Program-made: the position numbers and the translations under genes | Shown here: in pieces, positions 20,960-30,003 of the stretch | Position numbering within the stretch: the first letter of the stretch is position 1 | Layout: every line of letters starts with the position of its first letter | DNA from: an uncultured Gammaproteobacteria bacterium | GTDB taxonomy: Bacteria > Patescibacteriota > Patescibacteriia > UBA11705 > JABHMO01 | Length of the DNA stretch: 64,000 nt | Reading direction: 5' to 3' | Assembly (NCBI GenBank): GCA_964434235.1 | Contig: CAYSUN010000001.1 | Coordinates: 18,574 to 82,573 of the forward strand | Notes under the pieces: generated by a model | Told to the model about the DNA's origin: nothing | The model's input: the letters and a program-made list of their open reading frames with translations, nothing else | Databases searched by the model: none

Positions 20960-21030
20960 GGCGAATGGAAGTATTATGATAATTATTTCGGTGGTGAATC
21001 AGTGGCTGGTAAACATGAGACTATTAAAAA
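20960..21030 (+). pseudogene. possible gene remnant (DUF5680-like)
   Basis: GEWKYYDNYFGGES in a frame with upstream stops; recalls the YxDNxFGGE motif of DUF5680. Confidence 0.35.
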
Positions 21031-21149
21031 AAATAAAAGTATGAGTTTTTCTGGACAAAAGCTATAAAAAGACCTATAATTATTATAATTATTGGGTATT
21101 TGACGCTTGAATCTTGGCACAACTTTAGTCAATAAATAAAAATAAAAAT

Positions 21150-21671
21150 ATGAAAAAGTTTTTAACAAAATTAGTTACACCGTTAATGCCTGAAGATATT
21201 GGTGAAATCCATATTAGTTGGGAGTTCCCAGAATTTGTCCAACAAGAAAGAAGTCGAGCTTGGTATGTGGTATTTTCCTTGTTACTCGCTTTGTTGATTT
21301 TGTATGCAGCTTTTACAGCGAATTTTTTGTTTGCCATAATTCTATTACTTGGTTCATTTGTAATTATTTTTCAATATTTTCAACAAGCTAGGAAATTGCC
21401 AATGGTTATTGGTCAAGACGGTATTATTATAGATACCCAGTTTATTCCATATAAGGCTTTGAAAAGTTTTTCCATTGTTTATGAACCGCCAGTTATTAAA
21501 CTTCTTTATTTAGATTTTAATAGTTCTGTACGAAAAAGTTTACCAGTTCCACTTGAAGATGTTAATCCAATCAAAGTCCGAGAAATTTTACTTAATTATA
21601 TTGAAGAAAACTTTGAAAGAAAAGAAGAGTCATTTGATGAAACATTTGAAAGAGTCTTGCGTTTAAGATAA
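21150..21671 (+). CDS. two-TM membrane protein with PH-like C-terminal domain
   Basis: ISWEFPEF..ERSRAWY followed by 2 TMs. Confidence 0.7.
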   Translation: MKKFLTKLVTPLMPEDIGEIHISWEFPEFVQQERSRAWYVVFSLLLALLILYAAFTANFLFAIILLLGSFVIIFQYFQQARKLPMVIGQDGIIIDTQFIPYKALKSFSIVYEPPVIKLLYLDFNSSVRKSLPVPLEDVNPIKVREILLNYIEENFERKEESFDETFERVLRLR

Positions 21672-21725
21672 ATATAATTTAAAGTAATTAAATTACAGTT
21701 ATCTGTTTTTTGTTTATATGATTTT

Positions 21726-21802
21726 GTCCTCATAGCTCAGTTGGATAGAGCGTCAGCTTGCGGAGCTGAAGGTCGGAGGTTCGAGTCTTCCTGGGGACAC
21801 CA
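21726..21802 (+). tRNA. tRNA-Arg(GCG)
   Basis: GTCCTCATAGCTCAG...TCAGC-TTGCGGA-GCTGA...GGTTCGAGTC...GGGGACACCA. Confidence 0.93.
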
Positions 21803-21969
21803 TTTTAAGCTGATTTTCAGCTTTTTTTGTATAAATTTTTGAGTTGACGATTTATAATAAATATGATAATTTTTTATTGGAATGTATATTAACAATTATA
21901 AAAGGATTAATGCAAACAAAGATAAATTAATAAGCCAACTTGCTAGCAATCACTTAAAAGGAGAATTGA

Positions 21970-22527
21970 ATGAAAGTTATTCAAAACAAAATCGAGGGTG
22001 TTTTTGAATTTATTGCGACTGATATTGAAGAAACTAAAGTTCTAAGAAAATTGATCAAAGCTTGTAAACCTGGAAATAAATTGAATTATGGTGGATATAT
22101 AGATAATCCGGATAATTCTAGGAGTTTGAATTTCCATTTTGGAGCGAAGAAAAAAATACAAAGAAAAAGAATTAGTGCTTATGCTACTTTGAAAATTATT
22201 GTGCCAGTGGGTGGAATACAGTTGAGTTTAGCTGGAAATGATAAGGAAGATTTAGATAATATTAGGACCTTGCGTGATATTTGTCGTTTGGGGTCAGATG
22301 AGGTCATTTTTCTTAGCGGAACTGAGATTGATGGTTTAGTATCTATCGTTATTGCACCTAGCAATTGTAAGGTTTGTGGAGCTAAAATTGCTGATCTTGT
22401 AAGTTCTGAATTTAATATTTGTGAAACGTGTGCTGGTAACTGTGAGCATGAGTATGAGGAAATATATGTTCGAGGTGTTGGTTTTCGTGATTTTTGTGGA
22501 TTGTGTGGACGAATGAAAGGAGCGTGA
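21970..22527 (+). CDS. hypothetical protein with C-terminal Cys/His zinc-binding motifs (paralog 1)
   Basis: CKVC, CETC..CEH, CGLCGR; SD aaggag. Confidence 0.75.
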   Translation: MKVIQNKIEGVFEFIATDIEETKVLRKLIKACKPGNKLNYGGYIDNPDNSRSLNFHFGAKKKIQRKRISAYATLKIIVPVGGIQLSLAGNDKEDLDNIRTLRDICRLGSDEVIFLSGTEIDGLVSIVIAPSNCKVCGAKIADLVSSEFNICETCAGNCEHEYEEIYVRGVGFRDFCGLCGRMKGA

Positions 22528-22528
22528 T

Positions 22529-23152
22529 ATGAAAATTATTCATGATGAAAAAGAGGGTGTGTTTGTTTTTATTGCGAGAGACGTTGAGGAAACAGAAGTT
22601 TTGAGAAAGTTGATCAAGGCTTGTCAACGAGGAAATAAATTGGATTATGGTGGGCGAAAAACAAATCCGGATAATTCTATGAGTTTAGATTTTTATTTTG
22701 GAGCTAAGGAAAAAGAAGTAGTAAGAAGACTTAGTGAGTGTTGTATTATAATTGATACAGTGCATGTGGGTGGTATACATTTAAGGTTGAAAGGAATCGA
22801 AAATCAAGATCAGAATAATGTTAGAGCATTGCGTGATTCCTGCTATTTCGGATCAGGTGAATTAACTTTTCTTCGTGGGACAGAGATTGATGGTTCAAAA
22901 GCTATTATTGTTGTAGCAGGTTATTGTAAAGTTTGTGGAGGTAAAATTACGGATTCGGGTAGTTGTGAATATAGGGTTTGCAAAAAGTGTGCTGATAAAT
23001 GTAATCATCAATATGTTCATGGATATATTCATGGTGGAGAAATATCACTTGGTAGGGGGGTGTATTGTGAATTGTGTGGACGAGTGAAAGATAATGAAAA
23101 CGTTTTTCCGATTCTTAAACAGGGAGAATCTGGCATTGTGGAAATTTTGTAA
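22529..23152 (+). CDS. hypothetical zinc-binding protein (paralog 2)
   Basis: Colinear with the previous ORF (EGVFxFIAxDxEETxVLRKLIKAC). Confidence 0.75.
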   Translation: MKIIHDEKEGVFVFIARDVEETEVLRKLIKACQRGNKLDYGGRKTNPDNSMSLDFYFGAKEKEVVRRLSECCIIIDTVHVGGIHLRLKGIENQDQNNVRALRDSCYFGSGELTFLRGTEIDGSKAIIVVAGYCKVCGGKITDSGSCEYRVCKKCADKCNHQYVHGYIHGGEISLGRGVYCELCGRVKDNENVFPILKQGESGIVEIL

Positions 23153-23244
23153 ATTACATTACGGAAGATTAAAATAATCTTCCGTTTTTTTTGTTTAAAT
23201 AACATGCTAAAATATATAAAGAACAATATAACAATTGAAATATA

Positions 23245-25293
23245 ATGAATTTAGAGACCAAAATAAGCGAATTAACTAGAGTCGGCAAAACAACTGGCTC
23301 ACGATTAAAAAATCTCGGTTTGGAAACTGTGGAAGATTTGATTTTTTATTTTCCTTTTCGTTATGAGGATTACAGTATTATTAAATCAATCAACAGTTTA
23401 ATACCTGGTGAGCCGGTTACGGTTAAGGGTAAAATTCAACTAATTGCCAACCGGCGAAGTTGGCGCAAAAGAAAAATTATTACTGAGGCGTTAATTTCAG
23501 ATGAAACTGAAACAGTGAAAATTATTTGGTTTAATCAACCATTTTTAACAAAATCATTGAAAGTCGGAGATGAAGTTTTCATTTCAGGTAAATTAGACGA
23601 AGACCGATTGCAATTTGTTAGTCCAGATTATGAAAAAGTTCGAACAGAAAATATTCATACTGCTAGACTGGTGCCAGTTTATCATTTAACGCAAGGCGTA
23701 ACCCAAAAGCAACTTCGCTTTTTGCTTAGTCAATGTCGTTCAGTTATGCAAAGTTTGCCAGAATATGTGCCTCAAGATATTTTGCAAAAATATAAATTTT
23801 TAGATTTAAATTCAGCTTTGTCAAATATTCATTTCCCTGAAAACAAAAAAATTGCTGAGCAAGCTAAATTGCGTTTACAGTTTAATGAACTTTTTTTAAT
23901 TCAGTTGGCTATTCAAAAGGAAAAACAACTTTTGAAAGAAAGCAAAGCTTTGAAAATTAAATTTTTACAAAAACAAACTAAGGATTTTGTGGAATCTTTG
24001 CAATTTAAATTGACTGATGCGCAAAAAAAATGCTCTTGGGAAATTATTCAAGATTTAGAAAAAGATCGACCAATGAATCGTTTACTTGAAGGTGATGTTG
24101 GTTCTGGTAAAACAGTAGTTGTAACTCTTGGTATGTTGAACTGTATTTTGAACGGGTACAAAGTCGTATTGATGGCTCCGACAGAAATTTTAGCTGAGCA
24201 ACATTACCAGACTTTGCGCAAGTTTTTTGTTAAACAAAAATTTAATTGTGCATTATTTACAGGTAGCAAAAGAGAGATCAATGGGGAAAAAATTAGTAAG
24301 ATAAAAATTTTGGATATTTTAAAACAAGGTCAATTTGATCTTGTTATAGGCACTCAAGCTTTAATTCAGGCAGGCGTTGAAATAAAAGATTTAGGTTTGG
24401 TGGTGGTAGATGAACAGCATCGTTTTGGAGTGAGTCAAAGAAAGGCTTTGGTAAATAAGAGTCAAAAAAACGGCTATTTGCCTCATTTCCTTTCCATGAC
24501 AGCTACACCGATTCCTAGAACTTTAGTTTTAACTTTGTATGGTGATTTGGATTTGTCTATAATCAATCAAATGCCAGCGGGACGAAAACCAATTTCAACT
24601 AAAGTTGTTTATGAAGGCGACCGTCAAAAAGCGTATGACTTTATAGGCCAGGAAATTAGTCACGGTCGCCAAGTTTTTGTTATTTGTCCACTGATTGATC
24701 CTAGTGATAAGGCGGGAACTAAATCAGTTAAACAAGAATTTGAAAGATTAGATAAAGATATTTTTCCTGATTTGAAAATCGGACTAATGCATGGCAAATT
24801 AAAATCAATTGATAAACAGTTGATAATGCAAGAATTTGCTGAACATAAAATTGACATATTAGTTTCAACTTCAGTTATTGAAGTTGGTATTGATGTGCCC
24901 AATGCTTCCATTATGATGATTGAAGGTGCTGATCGATTTGGTTTGGCTCAATTGCATCAGTTTCGTGGACGGGTCGGACGAGGTGAACATCAATCTTATT
25001 GTTTTCTTTTTACTGATAATAATTCACCACTGACAAAAAAAAGATTAAAATATTTAGAACAGTGTAAAGATGGATTTAAACTAGCGGAAATGGATTTACA
25101 ACTTCGTGGACCTGGAGAAGTTTATGGCGTTCAACAATCAGGTTTGCCTGATTTAAGAATTGCCAGCTTAACAGATTTATCTTTAATTCAAAAAGCGCAA
25201 GAAGAAGCACGAATTTTATTACAAAATGGTAATTTAAGTCAAAATTTACAAGTCGTGGTTGATAAGCAAAAAATCAGTTTGCATTTTGAATAG
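23245..25293 (+). CDS. recG: ATP-dependent DNA helicase RecG
   Basis: GDVGSGKT, DEQHRFG, MTATPIPRT, QFRGRVGRG. Confidence 0.97.
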   Translation: MNLETKISELTRVGKTTGSRLKNLGLETVEDLIFYFPFRYEDYSIIKSINSLIPGEPVTVKGKIQLIANRRSWRKRKIITEALISDETETVKIIWFNQPFLTKSLKVGDEVFISGKLDEDRLQFVSPDYEKVRTENIHTARLVPVYHLTQGVTQKQLRFLLSQCRSVMQSLPEYVPQDILQKYKFLDLNSALSNIHFPENKKIAEQAKLRLQFNELFLIQLAIQKEKQLLKESKALKIKFLQKQTKDFVESLQFKLTDAQKKCSWEIIQDLEKDRPMNRLLEGDVGSGKTVVVTLGMLNCILNGYKVVLMAPTEILAEQHYQTLRKFFVKQKFNCALFTGSKREINGEKISKIKILDILKQGQFDLVIGTQALIQAGVEIKDLGLVVVDEQHRFGVSQRKALVNKSQKNGYLPHFLSMTATPIPRTLVLTLYGDLDLSIINQMPAGRKPISTKVVYEGDRQKAYDFIGQEISHGRQVFVICPLIDPSDKAGTKSVKQEFERLDKDIFPDLKIGLMHGKLKSIDKQLIMQEFAEHKIDILVSTSVIEVGIDVPNASIMMIEGADRFGLAQLHQFRGRVGRGEHQSYCFLFTDNNSPLTKKRLKYLEQCKDGFKLAEMDLQLRGPGEVYGVQQSGLPDLRIASLTDLSLIQKAQEEARILLQNGNLSQNLQVVVDKQKISLHFE

Positions 25294-25307
25294 ATTAGTA
25301 GTTGATG

Positions 25308-25336
25308 TTGACAGTGAGCAGGCATTTTGCTAAAGT
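25308..25336 (+). promoter_or_regulatory. sigma70-type promoter
   Basis: TTGACA-17-TAAAGT with extended TG; SD aggagg downstream. Confidence 0.55.
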
Positions 25337-25384
25337 TTTTCTTGATTGTTTGATAGTAGTTTAATTGACTAGGAGGATCAATAA

Positions 25385-25765
25385 ATGGAAAGCGTAAGGG
25401 ATAAAAAATGCCCACACTGTGCTCGCTTGATCCAAATTGAACAAAATCAAACTAAATTTTTTCTTGATGAATTTTGGCATTCTGAATGTTTAATTCGCTA
25501 TGCACTAAGTCAGATTGCTCAGTCTTTTGGTCATAAAATTGAGATTATCGGTTTTCTTATGGGCATTAGAGGTAATTATACTAAGTTTGAAAGAGCTTTA
25601 TTGGTTATTTGGGTGAAAATTGCAAAGCAAGAAAATACTGATTTTGAAGTTCGAGAGTTAGTTCGAGATTTGTTAGTCCATTTATTCCAATACACGCCAG
25701 AAGAATTAACTAATACTTATTGGTCTGGTAGTGTTGTTTCAATTTACAAGGTAATGTCTGCTTAA
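25385..25765 (+). CDS. hypothetical protein with N-terminal LIM-like Zn motif
   Basis: CPHC...WHSEC. Confidence 0.65.
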   Translation: MESVRDKKCPHCARLIQIEQNQTKFFLDEFWHSECLIRYALSQIAQSFGHKIEIIGFLMGIRGNYTKFERALLVIWVKIAKQENTDFEVRELVRDLLVHLFQYTPEELTNTYWSGSVVSIYKVMSA

Positions 25766-25773
25766 AAAATAAA

Positions 25774-25807
25774 ACTGATCGCAATCTGGCGGTCAGTCTT
25801 TTTTTTT
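25774..25807. terminator. terminator between convergent genes
   Basis: actgatcgc/gcggtcagt stem followed by a T-run. Confidence 0.7.
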
Positions 25808-25812
25808 GTAAT

Positions 25813-26748
25813 TTATTCTTGTGTGATTTTTGCTAATTGATCAGGAAAGTTTTGATAAATTAAATTTATTGCTTTAATGGCTATTGTTCTTAGCGTTTTT
25901 CGGTCATTGTTTTTTTTGCAGTTCTCAAGTTGGCTATTAAATTCATCAACCAAAGCATCAATTTCTTTGACCATGTCTGGGTTACTCAATTGAATTATTT
26001 TTTCTGCAACTGATGATAAACCATTTCTAGCAAAATATTTTTGGTAATGGGGAATTGGACTTATTTTTTGAAATATATCATCAGCAACATCATCATCAGT
26101 TAAATGTAAACAACCCCAAGCATTAAAATAATCTGGATTAAGTGTGTAGTTTGCTCTTTCCATTTCTTCTTTTACTCGCAAACTATCACGTTTAAGTTTT
26201 TTTTGTATTAATTTCTGATCATCATTAGCAAAAGGAAAATCCTTTCTTTCAAAAGTTTCAGGATCAACATAGTTTGGCCCATATATAAGCAGTTTTGCTT
26301 GATTAGCAATATCAAGTAATGGTTGAATAATCTGTTTTTGTTGACAAATAGGTAGGAGTTCGTTGAATTTATCAGCTAAGCGGTCAAATTCTTTTATAGC
26401 GTCAGGATGGCTGAGAATTTTTAATGTATTAGCATAATCGTTATCTCTGTAAGCGTGCGGTCGGCGATAGCTTTCAATATAGTGAAAAACTGGTTTTACT
26501 TTGTTTAAATATTGCAAACCATCTTTTAGTAGACCTATATTTCCTGCCCAAACATTGAATGAATCACTTAATAAGCCGGTTTCTGAAGTTTTCATTCCTT
26601 CCACAAGTCTTAGTCTATATTCTCGACGTTCTTCAGCGTCAGATTTGAATTTAATCATTTCTCCAGAGTCTGGAGAAACAAGACCCTCCAAAGAAGAATC
26701 TTCTTTAGAGGTTTGGGGTTGATCTTTTTTCCTAAAAGGGTTGAACAT
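25813..26748 (-). CDS. hypothetical protein with internal domain duplication
   Basis: FNVWAG..PVFHY..LSHPDAIKEFD repeated as FNAWGC..PIPHY..LSNPDMVKEID. Confidence 0.75.
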   Translation of the reverse strand: MFNPFRKKDQPQTSKEDSSLEGLVSPDSGEMIKFKSDAEERREYRLRLVEGMKTSETGLLSDSFNVWAGNIGLLKDGLQYLNKVKPVFHYIESYRRPHAYRDNDYANTLKILSHPDAIKEFDRLADKFNELLPICQQKQIIQPLLDIANQAKLLIYGPNYVDPETFERKDFPFANDDQKLIQKKLKRDSLRVKEEMERANYTLNPDYFNAWGCLHLTDDDVADDIFQKISPIPHYQKYFARNGLSSVAEKIIQLSNPDMVKEIDALVDEFNSQLENCKKNNDRKTLRTIAIKAINLIYQNFPDQLAKITQE

Positions 26749-26761
26749 ATTTATAGTAAAT

Positions 26762-27382
26762 TTATGAGTTGGCTGATTTATCTAATTTATGAATAATATC
26801 ATCAGCAATTTTTTGATCAATAGGCATGTTTAAGAGTTTTTTTAAATCTTTTTTAGGTACTAGGCTAACTGTCCAAACTTCTTCAACTTCGCCATCTTTT
26901 CTGTGAAAATCTGCTTGAGTTGGTGTTCCTCCAATTCTTTTGGCCAAATAATATCGTGTTAACGTTGTGGTTTTTGTATAGTCACCTAAATAACCGGTGA
27001 TTTCGGTAAGTAAACCAGTTTCTTCCAAAGCTTCCTTAACGGCCGTTTGCTGTAAGGTTAAAGTCGGTTCAATTCTGCCTTTGGGAAAGGTGTGTTCATA
27101 TCCGCCAAAATGATTACTTGGTTCATATATCCAAATTCTGCCATCTGGTTCCTCAATAATTACGCCAGTAGATTTTTTTAAATAACTGTTTGGAGGCAAT
27201 TTAAATTCCGGTTCTTGGTTTTTTAGATCAACATCTGGTATATTTGCGAACTCTGGAGCTTCTTTTATACTTTCAAATTTAACGTCGTTAATTTCTAATC
27301 CTTCGCAAAAAGTTGTTTTTGAAAAATTAACTATTTCATTCGGATCTTTTAGTGGATCTTGTTCTTGTTCAAATTTAAACAT
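26762..27382 (-). CDS. NUDIX hydrolase
   Basis: FPKGRIE...AVKEALEETGL Nudix box. Confidence 0.9.
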   Translation of the reverse strand: MFKFEQEQDPLKDPNEIVNFSKTTFCEGLEINDVKFESIKEAPEFANIPDVDLKNQEPEFKLPPNSYLKKSTGVIIEEPDGRIWIYEPSNHFGGYEHTFPKGRIEPTLTLQQTAVKEALEETGLLTEITGYLGDYTKTTTLTRYYLAKRIGGTPTQADFHRKDGEVEEVWTVSLVPKKDLKKLLNMPIDQKIADDIIHKLDKSANS

Positions 27383-27402
27383 ATCTTTTGGTTTAATTGC
27401 AG

Positions 27403-27446
27403 TTATATTAATTTCAATAATTGATTAACTTCTGTAACTTGAATAG
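27403..27446 (-). repeat. direct repeat of radA 3' end
   Basis: 31-bp perfect core aataattgattaacttctgtaacttgaatag (27416-27446) = 28671-28701. Confidence 0.9.
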
Positions 27447-27488
27447 TGCCAATTATTTAGAGTGGATTGAAAAGTTTTAACAGAAGTA

Positions 27489-28655
27489 CTATTTCTTAAT
27501 TTTTTTTATAAAATAATAAAACGAACTTAAAATCGGAATATTTAGGGCAATTGTGAAAATTAATAATAGTAAGAGTATTATTAAGTCTGGGATGTTTTCG
27601 ACATTTAATTTAACCCATAGTGGTACAGTAATATTCGTTGCATAAAAAAGGTGAAGGTATGTTGGAATAAATATTACGGTAATAATAATTATTAAACTAT
27701 TTAGCTGACCTAAAAGTATTTTTGAAATATCTTTATCAACTATCGTTGATTTTAAATATTTTAGAAAATTGTTTTTATTTTTCTCAAACTTTTCCTCTAA
27801 TAAATTATAGGTTTTTTGCGAACTGTCAATTATAAAACCGATTGGTGCTAATGTTAATATAAGTAGAAAAATATTTTGTAATTTCAATTCTTGAATTAAA
27901 GAAAAATATAAACTGGTCGAGATATTGCTTATTACACCGAGTGGCTTATACAGTATTATTACAATAGAAAAAACAATGACTGAAAAGAAAATAGTTAAGA
28001 TATTACCAAGAAATGAAAATATTGATTTTTTGTTCAGCCCAAAATTTATGAAAGTATAAATACCAATAAAAATAATTGCACTGAACAAACTTAATAACAA
28101 AATATTTGAATTGTTAATTGCCATCGGTAGTGTATACGTGAAAAGTATTGTCAAAATAATGATACTACTAGCAAAAATTTTCCAACTTTTTTTATATAAC
28201 AAAACAAATAATAAAAATAATATTATTAAAATAGCTTTCAGAATAATGGGGGAGCGGTATTTACTAATTATTTGATAATTTTCAAATGAGTAATTATTTT
28301 TTGTTAAAATTAATTTGTCTCTAGTTTGAAATCGTTCAAAAACAGAATCAACTTGATTTTTATAATGGCTTACTCCAATGAGTTGATTTTTGTTTTCTCC
28401 AGATTTTATTTTGACTTCAAATTCTTGAAAAATAGCTAAGGGGTCTAAATATTCATCATATTCTTCAAAGTTTTCTGCGATAATTTCAGTTATTTCTCCA
28501 ATGAAATAAGTTTCTTTTAGTTGAGTATCATTAGCAATATTTTGCTCTTCAAGTATATTTTCAGAATCTACCGTTGTTTCTTGAGCTATGGCAACATGGC
28601 CAATAAAAAAGAATATTAACAAAATAATGATTATTTTTGAGTACTTACTTTTCAT
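27489..28655 (-). CDS. YibE/F-like membrane protein (divergent)
   Basis: Signal peptide, GEITEI..Q.FEVKIKSGE N-terminal domain, many TMs. Confidence 0.6.
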   Translation of the reverse strand: MKSKYSKIIIILLIFFFIGHVAIAQETTVDSENILEEQNIANDTQLKETYFIGEITEIIAENFEEYDEYLDPLAIFQEFEVKIKSGENKNQLIGVSHYKNQVDSVFERFQTRDKLILTKNNYSFENYQIISKYRSPIILKAILIILFLLFVLLYKKSWKIFASSIIILTILFTYTLPMAINNSNILLLSLFSAIIFIGIYTFINFGLNKKSIFSFLGNILTIFFSVIVFSIVIILYKPLGVISNISTSLYFSLIQELKLQNIFLLILTLAPIGFIIDSSQKTYNLLEEKFEKNKNNFLKYLKSTIVDKDISKILLGQLNSLIIIITVIFIPTYLHLFYATNITVPLWVKLNVENIPDLIILLLLLIFTIALNIPILSSFYYFIKKIKK

Positions 28656-28657
28656 AA

Positions 28658-29989
28658 TTATAATAAATTTAATAATTGATTAACTTCTGTAACTTGAATA
28701 GAATTATTTTGTTTTTTAGGAATTATAATATTTTTAAATCCTAATTTTTTAGCTTCCTGAACTCTTTTTTCTAAATTGATAACCGACCGAACTTCACCAC
28801 CAAGTCCAATTTCACCTATGGCAATAGTATCTTTGCTAATGGGTTTATTTCTGAAAGCTGAAATAATAGCGAGAGCAACAGCTAGATCAATAGCTGGTTC
28901 AGTTACTTTTAATCCGCCGACAATATTTAAATGAATATCTTGATTGTTTAGATTGATATTCGCTCTTTTGAATAAAACGGCTGAAAGCATTTGCAATCTA
29001 TTTTGATCGTAGCCCGACGTTTTTCTTTGCGGATAACCAAAAATAGTTGGAGTGACCAGAGCTTGGACTTCAATCAGAAAAGCTCGAGTACCTTCCATAA
29101 AACAGGAAGTTACAGTTCCAGGTGTGATATTTGTTTCATTGGAAAGGAATGCTTTTGTTGGATCTTTTACTTCAGCTAAACCTTTGTCCGTCATTTCAAA
29201 AACCCCGATTTCATTAGTTGAGCCAAAACGATTTTTACTACTTCGAAGTAATCGGAAACCGTGTAATTTATCTCCTTCCAAGTATAAAACTGTGTCAACT
29301 AAATGTTCTAATGTTTTTGGGCCAGCCACCGAGCCATCTTTAGTAACGTGCCCAGTAATTAAAATTGGGATGTTGTTTTGTTTGGCTGTTTGCAAAAGTT
29401 TAACGGTGCAAGCTCGTATTTGGCTAACATTGCCTGATTCAGAATCAACATCTGATGAATAAACAGTTTGAATTGAGTCAATTATTGCGATGCTGGGGTT
29501 GATTGTTTTTATAGCCACGCAAACTTCTTCAATGTTTGTTTCACTTAAAAATTTTAAATTGATAGGTTTATAACCCAGTCGATCAATTCGAAGTTTTATT
29601 TGGCTGGCAGACTCTTCACCTGAAATATAAAGCAGGGGAGCGTTTTGATTTTCTAGACTTTGCAATATTTGTAGAACTAGAGTTGATTTTCCGATACCTG
29701 GTTCGCCACCGAGAAGAGTAATGCTTCCTTTGACAATTCCACCACCAAAGATTTGATCAATTTCTACTAAATTGGTTTTCATTCTTTCAAAGTGTTCAAG
29801 TTTAATGTCGTTAAAATCAGTTAATTTCCCAGAGTCAAATTGTAGTTCTTGTTTTTTTGATTTTTTGATTTTTTGATTTACTGACTCTTGAATTGTTCCC
29901 CAAGCACCACACTCAAGACAGCGTCCTGACCACTTAGGAAACTGTGCATCGCATTTTGAACAGGTGAAGATTGTTTTAATTTGAGCCAT
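28658..29989 (-). CDS. radA: DNA repair protein RadA/Sms
   Basis: CSKC..WSGRCLECGAW, GEPGIGKST, KNRFG. Confidence 0.97.
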   Translation of the reverse strand: MAQIKTIFTCSKCDAQFPKWSGRCLECGAWGTIQESVNQKIKKSKKQELQFDSGKLTDFNDIKLEHFERMKTNLVEIDQIFGGGIVKGSITLLGGEPGIGKSTLVLQILQSLENQNAPLLYISGEESASQIKLRIDRLGYKPINLKFLSETNIEEVCVAIKTINPSIAIIDSIQTVYSSDVDSESGNVSQIRACTVKLLQTAKQNNIPILITGHVTKDGSVAGPKTLEHLVDTVLYLEGDKLHGFRLLRSSKNRFGSTNEIGVFEMTDKGLAEVKDPTKAFLSNETNITPGTVTSCFMEGTRAFLIEVQALVTPTIFGYPQRKTSGYDQNRLQMLSAVLFKRANINLNNQDIHLNIVGGLKVTEPAIDLAVALAIISAFRNKPISKDTIAIGEIGLGGEVRSVINLEKRVQEAKKLGFKNIIIPKKQNNSIQVTEVNQLLNLL

Positions 29990-30003
29990 TTTATTAAATA
30001 AAA

